Source of the DNA: Candidatus Desulfosporosinus infrequens
Lineage (GTDB): Bacteria; Bacillota; Desulfitobacteriia; Desulfitobacteriales; Desulfitobacteriaceae
Direction of reading: 5' to 3'
Length of the DNA stretch: 64,000 nt
NCBI GenBank assembly: GCA_900290375.1
Contig: OMOF01000445.1
Coordinates: 12,009 to 76,008 of the forward strand
Numbering within the stretch: position 1 is the stretch's first letter; each line of letters opens with the position of its first letter. The notes under the pieces were generated by a model. The model saw only the letters and a list, made by a program, of their open reading frames with translations. It made no database searches and was not told where the DNA came from. Below are positions 46,821 to 56,001 of the stretch, one piece after another. A program made the translations under genes and the position numbers.

Positions 46821-46995
46821 TAATGACAATAGTAATGACTTTTAGCCCCTTCGTAAACCGAGGGGCTATTTTAATGCCCTGACATAACGAAACCCCAGCA
46901 TTTGCCGGGGGTTAGTTTTTATTCTCTATTATTTATGGCTATTCGGATTATATGGTGGAAAATGAGTTTGGAATTTCCAGTTTTATAATAAATAA

Positions 46996-47056
46996 TTACT
47001 ACTATTATAGCGTTATCGCTTGACAAATTATAGCGATAACGCTATAATAGTAGTAA
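46996..47056 (+). promoter_or_regulatory. Consensus SigA promoter inside a perfect 25-bp inverted repeat
   Basis: TTGACA(47020)-17-TATAAT(47043); arms 46996-47020 and 47032-47056. Confidence 0.85.
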
Positions 47057-47075
47057 CAGCTAAAGATTACATGAA

Positions 47076-47108
47076 CCCGACAGCCCATAAGGGGCGGGGC
47101 GAGAGGAG
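47076..47108 (+). promoter_or_regulatory. CCC-GACA leader motif, copy 3
   Basis: CCC GACA GCCC-ataag-GGGC GGG before GAGGAG RBS. Confidence 0.6.
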
Positions 47109-47116
47109 AATATAAA

Positions 47117-47977
47117 ATGGCAAATGAAGTCGTCAAGGAATACTACAAATGGGATGAAACAGGTGAAGCTTTTGGCATAAGTATAAGCTACGATGCCGGA
47201 GATGACTGTGGTCCAGTTGCTGGGCTTAAACTAAGTGGTGGACAACCAAAAGAAGTCAACGGTCAAAATGTCGTTTGGTTCGAAAAAACAACCAAAGGTC
47301 AGCCCGTCGCCATAAAGTATAACAGCCGTCCCGATTTAGCAGCCCTTGTGAACGAGTATAAAAAGTTTCAGGCTGAGCAACAAACAAGGCATAATACCCG
47401 GGCTGCTGCACATCAAGCCGAGCGGGAAGCCATAGACAACCCTCTACTTGAGGACATGGAAGCAGAAGCTGTTGAATTGCGGAAAAAGATTCCGACCGGG
47501 CATATCGAGGTTGATGTCGAGGATAATGGCAATCTTGACGGCTATCCTAATTTAAAATACTCAGTAAACGGCGTTGAATTGCCTTGGGATAAGGTCAACC
47601 ATATTGGCACTGCGAGTGCGATTCGCCCAGGCGCATTAGGTTCTTTTGCTCAAATTTATGTCGTATCTATCGCCAAGGATCAAATCGAACAAATCAAAAA
47701 AGAGCAGGAAGAGAAATCGGCAATCAACCAAGCTAAAAAAGAGGCTTACCAAAGAGAATTAACTGGGACTATAATCCCTCCGGCGGCCTTAGAGGCTTAC
47801 AACTATTACCACGGTGACGCAGAACTAGCATGGGAAAAAGAAGATGAATCCTCTTGGGCTCTTATTGAACGATGGACCACTTATATCGAGGCACAACATG
47901 GGATTGCCCCTCGTAAATTACAGCACATGGTTTCGGAATCCGCGCGCGAAGAGAATTATGGGATCAATGAGGGTTAG
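47117..47977 (+). CDS. Hypothetical accessory protein
   Basis: 286 aa, strong promoter and RBS. Confidence 0.75.
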   Translation: MANEVVKEYYKWDETGEAFGISISYDAGDDCGPVAGLKLSGGQPKEVNGQNVVWFEKTTKGQPVAIKYNSRPDLAALVNEYKKFQAEQQTRHNTRAAAHQAEREAIDNPLLEDMEAEAVELRKKIPTGHIEVDVEDNGNLDGYPNLKYSVNGVELPWDKVNHIGTASAIRPGALGSFAQIYVVSIAKDQIEQIKKEQEEKSAINQAKKEAYQRELTGTIIPPAALEAYNYYHGDAELAWEKEDESSWALIERWTTYIEAQHGIAPRKLQHMVSESAREENYGINEG

Positions 47978-48137
47978 TGGAGAGAGTGTTTGAAAAAAGA
48001 AAGAGCCGTAATCAATCGGCTCTTTCTGGATAACTTTTTATTTCAATCCACGCCTTACGGCGACAATCCTTGATGGGATTTATTACCCATAATATAATCC
48101 AAATAGCAGTATATGTCAAGACTAAGGAGGGCATTTC

Positions 48138-48845
48138 GTGAAAAAGAAACATCGGTCTATTTCGCAGATACTTGATAGATCGAAATCTGCCGAATCAAGA
48201 AGAGCTATCACTATAAATTGGTCAAAGTCATGGGAAAATGAGACCATGGAACTCATACGTAACCTTGAACAGGCTGTAAGGGCCATGGATTACGATCAGC
48301 TATGCATTAATACCAGGCAGCTTAAGGCGGTTACTCAAAAACGTTTTGGAGCCCTGCCAAATATATTTATGCACCTCACTAAGGCTGGTGCCGCAGAGAA
48401 AAACCCGGAAAAAGAACCCGAACCATTAGCCAATGCAGCTGTACAAGATATACACAAAAAGCAGGATGTCCCAAAAGAACCAGATGAGCCGAGCCATGCG
48501 GAGGAGCAGCATGTGCCCGGAATCTGCATAGACTGTGGTGTCAGTTTTAATGCTAAAACCAGCCGCCAAAAGCGGTGCCCCGAGTGCCAAGTTGAACACA
48601 ACAAGGCGTTACGGTTAGCCGCGGCCAAGGCAACTCAAGATGTCAAAAGAGATAGGCCTCTTTTGGATATCATGGAGGGATACATTACGGTAAAAGAATG
48701 GGCGAGCAAGCACGGTAAGAGTCCGTCCAGCGCTCAGAATATATTGTCCAATTCCCCTACTCTTGTACCAGCTGCCAGAAAGGTGCGCAATCCTCGCGGC
48801 GGCGTGGATATCTGGGTCGTACCAAAAGAGACAATATGGCCTTAA
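48138..48845 (+). CDS. Hypothetical protein with Zn ribbon and C-terminal HTH
   Basis: CIDCG...QKRCPEC; YITVKEWASKHGKS...W.VP. Confidence 0.7.
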   Translation: MKKKHRSISQILDRSKSAESRRAITINWSKSWENETMELIRNLEQAVRAMDYDQLCINTRQLKAVTQKRFGALPNIFMHLTKAGAAEKNPEKEPEPLANAAVQDIHKKQDVPKEPDEPSHAEEQHVPGICIDCGVSFNAKTSRQKRCPECQVEHNKALRLAAAKATQDVKRDRPLLDIMEGYITVKEWASKHGKSPSSAQNILSNSPTLVPAARKVRNPRGGVDIWVVPKETIWP

Positions 48846-48857
48846 TAAAATAAAGGA

Positions 48858-49046
48858 ATGATAGCGATGGAACTTAAAGACGTACTAACAGGTCCCGAAG
48901 CTGCGCAACTTTGGAGCATTGGAGAGTCAACAGTCCGCAATGCAGCTGCGGCGGGTAAATTCAACGAAGACGAAGCTCGAAGGGCAGGGAAAAACTGGCT
49001 AATCACCAGAGAAGGCATGAAAAGAGTATTTGGTGATCCTAACTAA
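48858..49046 (+). CDS. Small HTH regulator (Aca-like position)
   Basis: VLT..EAAQLWSIGESTVR...GKF...EAR..GK.WLITREGM.R.FG. Confidence 0.8.
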   Translation: MIAMELKDVLTGPEAAQLWSIGESTVRNAAAAGKFNEDEARRAGKNWLITREGMKRVFGDPN

Positions 49047-49153
49047 ATGGTCCATACCATTTAGTTACAATTATGGAAACAGGGTTTTGATCATTCCACC
49101 ATAAAATCCGCAGAGCCTATATTTCTTGGCTTTTAGGATATCTTCTGTATTTT

Positions 49154-49959
49154 TCACGCCTTATTCCTCCCATACTTCTTTTCGTACATTGGCTTAAGAA
49201 TTGCATAAAAGTCGCAATCCTCCAATTTATTCCCATACTTATCCCTGAATTCAGCTTGCAGTTTTTGTCTAGGAATGTGGCAACTCCCTTTGTAAGGGCA
49301 TTCGCAAGGCCCCTTGACCATCGTGTCGCCATAGCATTCTTTTTCTTTACAATCGTGATGTCCTTGGCAGATAGGATATTCCATGTAATGGCCCGAGCAT
49401 TCTTTCATTATTTCATCTCTCTCCTAAAAATCTCATTAATCCTACCGACCATCTCCACCGGCAACGCAACCCGACACATCTCATAATTACTATAATCCGA
49501 AGGAGATATACCAAGTGACTTAGCCATCTTTGAGATAGTTATCTGTAACTCTTTTCTCTTAGCCCTAATCGATATCATTTGTACTTCATTCCTACTATTT
49601 GCCTTGACCACTTCTCTTATTTCTTCTTCTCGGTATTCCCTGATCGATTCCTTGGTCTGCTTTGTTAAGCAACTGAGGTTACGGCAATCGTATGTCCCGC
49701 CATGAGTTCCGTTCGGACCATCCCATAAGGCGAAAACGTATTTAGTCGGGTCGTTGCAGGTTTGACAGTTCATCTACTCATCCTCCTTCGTGCATCTTTT
49801 ACCATTCCAGAACGCGCAATCAGCATAGCAACTCCAATTGTCTACACTAAATCCCATATAGCAATTCAATCGCTTCTGTTTATCTTGGGAAGATTCCAAT
49901 ATTGGTTCTCTATCTTCCACCGACCCATTTATCGCATGCCAATTTTCCTTCATGTTCAT
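49154..49959 (-). CDS. Three small ORFs: Cys-rich (49154-49408), Zn-finger/XRE HTH (49408-49773), Cys-rich (49774-49959)
   Basis: Coupled ORFs; KRKELQITISKMAKSLGISPSDYSNYE HTH. Confidence 0.6.
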
Positions 49960-50158
49960 TTATTTAACCTCCCTACATGTTCGCAAGTATTGCACATCCA
50001 CCCTTGAAAGTAAGAATTCCAATACGATAAGCAACCACATTTTGGACAGAGTTTCATTTATTTCCCCTCTTTCTTCTTCTTTTTGAGTTCTCTAATGCAA
50101 TCCTGCCTCAAATATCAGATTGGCCATTATTCCGTTGCGAAGTGGTTGGGGGTATTCT

Positions 50159-50987
50159 CTAAAATACACACTCGCACGGAAGTTCATCAAAAAAGCTCAA
50201 TTGCTTACCATGCGTCTTGGCTAACTTCCAAAACTGAGCCGATGCAATATGCTCTGTCGCGGGAACATCATTACGCTTCATTTCTTCAAACATTGGTTCC
50301 ATTTCATCGAGATACATATCCGACTTTATGGAGTGACCTATTTCATTTTCTGCCTCTTTTGCCTTTAACCATATGTCGGGTCGCGTCATATAAACGATGT
50401 ACCAATGTTGCATCCCCGCCTTTAAACACCCAATGCAATTAGCGTGTTTGAATGTGCCGTAGGTCCCAGGGGGGAGTTATTCCTATTTCTTTTGTGCTTT
50501 TTATTGTGTGATCCCAAAGAATAAGAGGGTAGTCCGTCTTGTATCCCCTTATGCCTAATATTGACGAACGTCTTTGCGCTCTGCCTTTTTCCTTCTCCGA
50601 CTTGTCGAATCCGTAGTATATGGTAACTTCTTCGCAAATTCCGTCTTTGACAGGGAAATTTTCCTTGAGGTATTTATCGAAGGGAACCGTTTTTATTCTG
50701 TTTGTGCAAAGTATTTGTCCTGCTCCAAACTTGAACCCTCCTACTTCTCGGCATACATCGAATTGGTCTTTTACTTCCCATCCGTCCATATTTGCGTAGG
50801 TAATCGGAACGCCTATATAATTTGCTACATCACCCTTGAACCGTTTTATATCCGCATCCTCTACCCTTTTATTAATATCGTGATTAAGGAGGATTAAATC
50901 TTTAGTTCCGTATTTCCTAGCTACTTCTATTGCTGTTTTTGCCGAACTATGTCCTCCAGAGTAACAAATCAAGCGTTTTATAATTAT
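50159..50987 (-). CDS. PAPS-reductase-like (PP-loop) protein, split by one extra C in the run at 50469-50474
   Basis: CYSGGHSSA, CTNRIK, YYGFD..E..R, YPL; restored frame reads PGTYGTFKHANCIGCLKAG..HW; ends PCEC. Confidence 0.8.
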
Positions 50988-50988
50988 T

Positions 50989-51168
50989 TTACCTCCCCTT
51001 CTCGATCCATTCAAGGACCGAATTTCTCTCAATTCTCCAATCTCTGGCAATCTTAAACGCCCTTAGTCCTCCACTTTTAATTGCCCTCTTGACCGTTTGT
51101 TCGCTCACTTTTAAAAATGTTGCAAGTTCTTTAGGGGTTGTGATTTCTGGTAAATTATCAAGTACCAA
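50989..51168 (-). CDS. Excisionase-like HTH_17 protein (59 aa)
   Basis: Read manually: LPEITTPKELATFLKVSEQTVKRAIKSGGLRAFKIARDWRI; GGAGG RBS. Confidence 0.75.
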   Translation of the reverse strand: MVLDNLPEITTPKELATFLKVSEQTVKRAIKSGGLRAFKIARDWRIERNSVLEWIEKGR

Positions 51169-51404
51169 CTATATCTAACCTCCATTCTATTATATCTAAG
51201 TATATCACAAAATAGCATAGTTGTACATGTTAGCAAGGTAAAAAATGGTCAATATTTCTAGATACTTAGCCATTGTTGATAGTGACTTGCTTCGTCGTTC
51301 TTGCTTCGTTTATGGTTCGCGTATAGTTGTGATTTAGTAGCTCAACTTCGTCGTTCCCTTATAATCCGGTAAGAGGGAACGGAAACGTTTAGATAGTTAC
51401 CCCC

Positions 51405-51950
51405 TTACGCCACGCCTTGTACTCTTAACACTTTCATAATCTCATCCTCAAGGTTTTCTAGTTTTCCAAATTTGTAATTTATCCTATAGAGCCTTATGTT
51501 ATTGTCCCTACAATACCTGTTCTTTAGGACATCATGAGCTACCGTATTCCCTCCCCACTCATCACCCTCTTTATGCTGCGCCCCGTCAATTTCGATTAAA
51601 AAGGGCCTTAATTCTCCTTGGATATAGAAATCGAACCTCAATAATTTACCGTTTAAGCCCTTTAACCCTTTAAATGTTTTTTCTTTCTGGAATATAGCAT
51701 TATACCTTGTTAATATTTCTATAGCCTTTTCTTCGCCGAATGATTTTCCCGTCATGCAATTTCGACAAATAGGGTTTTTGATTAATAGCTTTCTTTTAAC
51801 AAGCATGGTGTTGTTGCATTTAGGACATAGGCATTCGATCTTGCCATATTTCTTACCTAGATTTATAAGTCCACTAACTTTTAACTTCTCTTGATTTCGT
51901 TCAAAGTTAATTTGATTAGTTATGGCTTTCTGTGCCTTAGATTTACTCAA
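51405..51950 (-). CDS. Zn-ribbon plus Vsr-like (EDxHD-type) endonuclease
   Basis: CPKC..CRNC, SFGEEK, LRFDFY, LIEIDGAQH, HD.LKN.YC..NNI.L.RI.Y; AAGGAG RBS before TTG 51950. Confidence 0.8.
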   Translation of the reverse strand: MSKSKAQKAITNQINFERNQEKLKVSGLINLGKKYGKIECLCPKCNNTMLVKRKLLIKNPICRNCMTGKSFGEEKAIEILTRYNAIFQKEKTFKGLKGLNGKLLRFDFYIQGELRPFLIEIDGAQHKEGDEWGGNTVAHDVLKNRYCRDNNIRLYRINYKFGKLENLEDEIMKVLRVQGVA

Positions 51951-51964
51951 CCACAAACACTCCT

Positions 51965-52541
51965 TATATACGTTCTTAAAGAAGATCCGGTAGAGGGGCC
52001 GGAGGAAGGACAAAGTTATGCCCCTCATTCGAAGAAAATGGACTGTTTTAGTCCAAAATCCAAGAATGAGAGAAGCATATTTTAATTTATCCGTGTGTCG
52101 GTTCCTCGGATATCTCAAACCTAGTTGATATGTTGCTCTCGCAAATATACGCTACTCTACTAACGCGCCCATAGAGTGGAATGTGCGTACACCCCGTCAA
52201 CACGTCACATGCTGACCGCTATTTTAACCTCCTGTATGCCGTTTAAGGGCCGCCATCGCCCAACGCAAGGTCATAGACAAAACTAGGAATTATCTCGCTT
52301 GCGCCACCAGTTTGGTTATAAGCAGCCGGTAACTGCATATAGTTTATAGTGTGTTTATACTTCCACTAGACAAACACAAAGCGACAAACCCTTGACGGCC
52401 TGTCGCTGAAAATTCCTTAATTTACACTTGTCCTAAGTTGCCTTAGAATGTATAATAGTATTAAGTGTTTTTCCTGCTGATTCAGGTAAACGCCAGAAGT
52501 CCTCAACTTGTCCAAGAGTTGGGGGCTTTGTTTATGTAATT
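51965..52541 (-). ncRNA. Putative long structured leader or ncRNA
   Basis: TGTACA-17-TGaTATACT promoter at 52548-52576; several stems; no RBS-supported ORF. Confidence 0.4.
52428..52533 (+). ncRNA. Putative ~70-nt antisense RNA with its promoter
   Basis: TTGTCC-17-TATAAT (52428-52456), then terminator hairpin 52497-52528 plus T-run. Confidence 0.55.
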
Positions 52542-52652
52542 ACCTATAGTATATCAGGTAATTTATGGCTTGTACAGAGTTTCTTTCATATAAGAGTAAA
52601 TAAAAAAGCCGCCCTCTCCAATTAAGGAAAGAACGGGCTTTTATTATGTCAA

Positions 52653-53165
52653 TTATGCAGTTTGTTCTTCCTTCTCTTCGACAACAGGAGTAACCACAAC
52701 AGGCTTAACAACAGGAGCCCATTGTATCTTACTCAACTCCTGCTGTACAACACTAACAATACCGAGTGCATCAGGAGCAATCTTCTGTACTGCAGCCGTA
52801 ATCATGGCGTTAATTTTTTCCTCAGTATAAGGTGTAGCGGTCCCAACTAACTGTGCAAGTTCATCTTTAGCTTTTTTGTACGCACTCTCGATAAGTGTTT
52901 CCCATTGCGAATCTGTAAGGCTAATTCCTGCTTTTTTAGCAAGTTCCTTGACCGATGCAAGTGCAGCAACATATTTTCCTGAGCCCAGTGTTACACCGTG
53001 CTTTTCTGCGTATTGAGCGGCGAAGTTGACCGCTTCTGTTGCGAGTTCTCCTGCTGTGGCGAGTTGTTTGGATGAGATGTGTAGCTTGCCGATGATGGCG
53101 ACGATTACGGCTACGGCGAGACTTGCGGCGATGTTTACACCTTGAGTTATTGTTGTCATATCCAT
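52653..53165 (-). CDS. Holin (LL-H-like)
   Basis: N-terminal TM, AVNFAAQ...G..KY..A...GI.LT......LIESA. Confidence 0.75.
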   Translation of the reverse strand: MDMTTITQGVNIAASLAVAVIVAIIGKLHISSKQLATAGELATEAVNFAAQYAEKHGVTLGSGKYVAALASVKELAKKAGISLTDSQWETLIESAYKKAKDELAQLVGTATPYTEEKINAMITAAVQKIAPDALGIVSVVQQELSKIQWAPVVKPVVVTPVVEEKEEQTA

Positions 53166-53250
53166 ATTAAAGATATCCCCCTTTTGTTTTAATAAGAGTT
53201 GGTGTGATGGGTTGTTATTAAAGCGACTAGGTATTATGCACAAAGGCTAT

Positions 53251-53460
53251 TTATTCGCGCCGAGCTATGCTCGCATTTCCCCACATAACTGCTTCTTCAA
53301 TAGCGGTTATGGCTAAGGATTGTTCTCTTGAGGGTGGGCATAACGTTAAAATTATCTCAGCAAATGCTTTGCCCATGCCCCTAATTTCCTCGAACCTTTG
53401 TGCTTGCCCATCTTTCGGGTCATGATAAGTAAAACGGTTTTCCAATTCATTCTCATCCAT
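53251..53460 (-). CDS. Acb2/Tad1-like nucleotide-sponge protein
   Basis: FTYH.P...CPPSREQSLAITAIEEAVMWGNASIAR. Confidence 0.7.
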   Translation of the reverse strand: MDENELENRFTYHDPKDGQAQRFEEIRGMGKAFAEIILTLCPPSREQSLAITAIEEAVMWGNASIARRE

Positions 53461-53562
53461 GATAATTCCTCCTTAAATTTAATTTCGGCAAATATAAAAG
53501 CAGGCCATTACGACCTGCTTTGTTTTTATAAATCCCAATATGCCGGGATTGGGAAAGGTTGC

Positions 53563-54033
53563 TTATTCGATTATGGTCCAGTCTTCGACGAGCATATCGG
53601 TTTGTGACGCTAACCAGCCCATAAGAATTTTATTATCTGCCGTTTTCATGATGATGTATGGCAAAACGTCCGCGCTCCCGCCATTTTCCTCAGCGAATTT
53701 CCGACTGTGTTTATTCCAGAATCCTTCAGCTTTCAAGCTGTTGGCTTCGGGGTGAGAAATTGCAATCCACATTGCTTTACCGTTCCAACCCTGACGAGCA
53801 ACCTTAAAACCCTTTTTCATGGCTTCAATCGCCAATCCAAACGTCATACCATCAGTTTGGCGGTAGGCCGCCTCGAACACATCTTTAGGCGACCAACTTA
53901 CATAATCATCCTCGCAAATAACCTTGTAGCCGTCTTGGCATTCTCCAGAATAAACCAGGGGTCTTACTTGCTCGTTATACTCCGCAACAGTCATTGGTTC
54001 GGCATGAATAATTTTTACTCCAATATATTGCAT
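53563..54033 (-). CDS. DUF2829 (Tad2-family) protein with extra N-terminal domain
   Basis: MTFGLAIEAMKKG.KVARQGWNGK.MW...PYI.MKTAD....GWLASQTDML.EDW. Confidence 0.85.
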   Translation of the reverse strand: MQYIGVKIIHAEPMTVAEYNEQVRPLVYSGECQDGYKVICEDDYVSWSPKDVFEAAYRQTDGMTFGLAIEAMKKGFKVARQGWNGKAMWIAISHPEANSLKAEGFWNKHSRKFAEENGGSADVLPYIIMKTADNKILMGWLASQTDMLVEDWTIIE

Positions 54034-54080
54034 TTGCTTTTCCTTCTTTCAGTTTTTCATTTCGACAAATGCATACCTAA

Positions 54081-54221
54081 TTATAGCCCCATCGACCATT
54101 TCACTAATCTAAAAATCCCATAGCAGGTTGCCCCGCCCCCAATCATCCCAAGAGCAATAACAACCTTGATGAGAGTATCAATTATTTTGGCATCTTTATC
54201 GGTTATCCCCCACATACTCAT
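54081..54221 (-). CDS. Small membrane peptide (46 aa)
   Basis: Read manually; TAATG coupling to endolysin; hydrophobic. Confidence 0.5.
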   Translation of the reverse strand: MSMWGITDKDAKIIDTLIKVVIALGMIGGGATCYGIFRLVKWSMGL

Positions 54222-55024
54222 TACCCCACCACTCCCAACACAGCTTTCATCGTTGCCCACCGATCAGCACCAGCCAGCAACGCAACCCCACTGGGTGCAC
54301 TAGAACCCCCAACCTGATACTTAGTTGTCGCCATAGCTAACAATGCAGGAGTCGCAAAACTAGCCTGTACAATCGGGCAATTAAGCTTCAATGCCAAGTC
54401 TGCCGCAATCGGTAAATCTGCGTCTCCATAATAAAGCACTAAGTAATTCATACTTCCTCCAATCTCCGGCCAACAGCCAGAACCGTAATTAATTTCGTTT
54501 AGGTCAACACTGATACCCGCTATTTGAGTATCGTTTTGATACTGATAAATGTCATTGCCCTCGTGTATCTCACCGCCTGACCACGCATATGTCTGCCAAT
54601 AGCGGTCAACGTCAAGGGCTTGCATGACCGCGTAAGAGCCGTAAACTCCTAAGAGGTATTTGCTCCCTAATCCATCGCCCACGCCCTGGAAATAGTCCAC
54701 TATGGCTCCCATATCAGTAGATTGTGCGTCGAAGTCAACCGTGAAATATATCGCTATGCCGTTTGGTGCTCTGAGGTTGACGGCAGCTGTTATGGCTTGT
54801 GCTGCGTCTGATATGCCTTGATTGTAGGTGAAATAGGATGCGGTTGTGGGATTTGTTTCAAAGATGAGGAATACGGATAAGCTTGCATTGTGGATGGCTG
54901 TGAGTTCGGTTGGAGTTAATGCGTAATCGCCAGTGAGGTAGCGGCCTACGGCCACTACTCCATCAGCTTTTAGGACTGTTACTATTGCCGCGGTTAAAGT
55001 TGCTGCACAATCTATCGCTTCCAT
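54221..55024 (-). CDS. Endolysin, DUF1906/GH25-like glycoside hydrolase
   Basis: VGRYL..LT..E, IYFTVDFD, GVYGS, YWQTYAWSGG, YQY..VDLN; C-terminal VGG...LAGADRWAT wall-binding motif. Confidence 0.88.
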   Translation of the reverse strand: MEAIDCAATLTAAIVTVLKADGVVAVGRYLTGDYALTPTELTAIHNASLSVFLIFETNPTTASYFTYNQGISDAAQAITAAVNLRAPNGIAIYFTVDFDAQSTDMGAIVDYFQGVGDGLGSKYLLGVYGSYAVMQALDVDRYWQTYAWSGGEIHEGNDIYQYQNDTQIAGISVDLNEINYGSGCWPEIGGSMNYLVLYYGDADLPIAADLALKLNCPIVQASFATPALLAMATTKYQVGGSSAPSGVALLAGADRWATMKAVLGVVG

Positions 55025-56001
55025 TACTTTTGCCCCGTCTCGACCTTATAACCTTCGTTTTCAAGATTAGTTACCACAAAATCAGCTTGATCCTTCGTGA
55101 TCCCGTTCACTTCGACGTAAAATGTAACCCCAGTTGCTTCCTCGGGCCCTTCCTCCACTCCCATTGTCGCCAATCCAGCCGCAACGCTGTCTGCTTGTGC
55201 TTTTGTTAAGCCTGTTACACGGACAAAGTAATCCACTAGTGCGGGTGCAGGAGTTACACTTGTCAGCGCTGCGAGATCAGCCTGCAGTTGTGTGAGATTA
55301 AAACCTTCGAGCGACAGGCCCTGACCGTTCAGCATTTCCGTCGAAAGTTGAGCCCAAGCCTCATCGCAATAAGTCTCGAAAAACTCCTTGGACATTTTTT
55401 GTACTGCACCCCACGTTATAACGCTTATCCAAGTTCCATCCCAGCCGTCAAACTCTACGTCATGACCGCCTTCGATCGTCGCACCCGGAACGACTGTCCA
55501 TGGTTGTCCAGCGCTAAACTGGTCCTGCGCTGTGGATGGCACTTGTATGCCCAGTTTTACATCTGACAGCAAGAAAGCCGCTTCGAGAATTTCATTGAAA
55601 TTAGTTTGGTCTAAGGCGAGATAAGCGCCGATCTTATGGCGTATGCCGTTCGCGTCGATCATACCCGTTGTCCGCATGTATTCGAGCGCTGTCCTAATAT
55701 CGGTGCCCTGGTCAGAGTTTGGATCATTCGGGTTATATCCCGTGATGGCCGAATAGTCAGCAATTGCGTTGGCATCGGTAAATTGTGCTTGCTTACTTCC
55801 TTCTGCTGTCCAAAGCTCTACGGCATGGTCGCTACCTGCGATAACACAATCTCCAAGGGTGTCATTCGCCAACATGCCGTAATTACTTACGAGTGCTTGA
55901 TGTCCGAATGTTGCAGGGATAGGTGGTAAGGCAGTACCTCTGTAATTTTTATAGAGCAGGTCTTTGTGACTTGGTTTAAATGGTTTTTTACCTAGTTTCA
56001 T
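55024..56001 (-). CDS. Papain-like cysteine hydrolase with SPOR-like C-terminal repeats
   Basis: MLAND.LGDCV.AG, GGHDV, ITWG; two V.V.G.TK.QAD.V...L...G repeats. Confidence 0.7.
   Translation of the reverse strand: MKLGKKPFKPSHKDLLYKNYRGTALPPIPATFGHQALVSNYGMLANDTLGDCVIAGSDHAVELWTAEGSKQAQFTDANAIADYSAITGYNPNDPNSDQGTDIRTALEYMRTTGMIDANGIRHKIGAYLALDQTNFNEILEAAFLLSDVKLGIQVPSTAQDQFSAGQPWTVVPGATIEGGHDVEFDGWDGTWISVITWGAVQKMSKEFFETYCDEAWAQLSTEMLNGQGLSLEGFNLTQLQADLAALTSVTPAPALVDYFVRVTGLTKAQADSVAAGLATMGVEEGPEEATGVTFYVEVNGITKDQADFVVTNLENEGYKVETGQK

Noticed and set aside
46996-47056. Protelomerase (telRL) site
   Set aside because: It has an 11-nt asymmetric centre, no protelomerase is present, and it coincides exactly with a promoter
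51405-52541. Group I intron or IscB/HEARO element
   Set aside because: No recognisable P7 (R/S) core, no interrupted exons, and no RuvC or PLMP motifs
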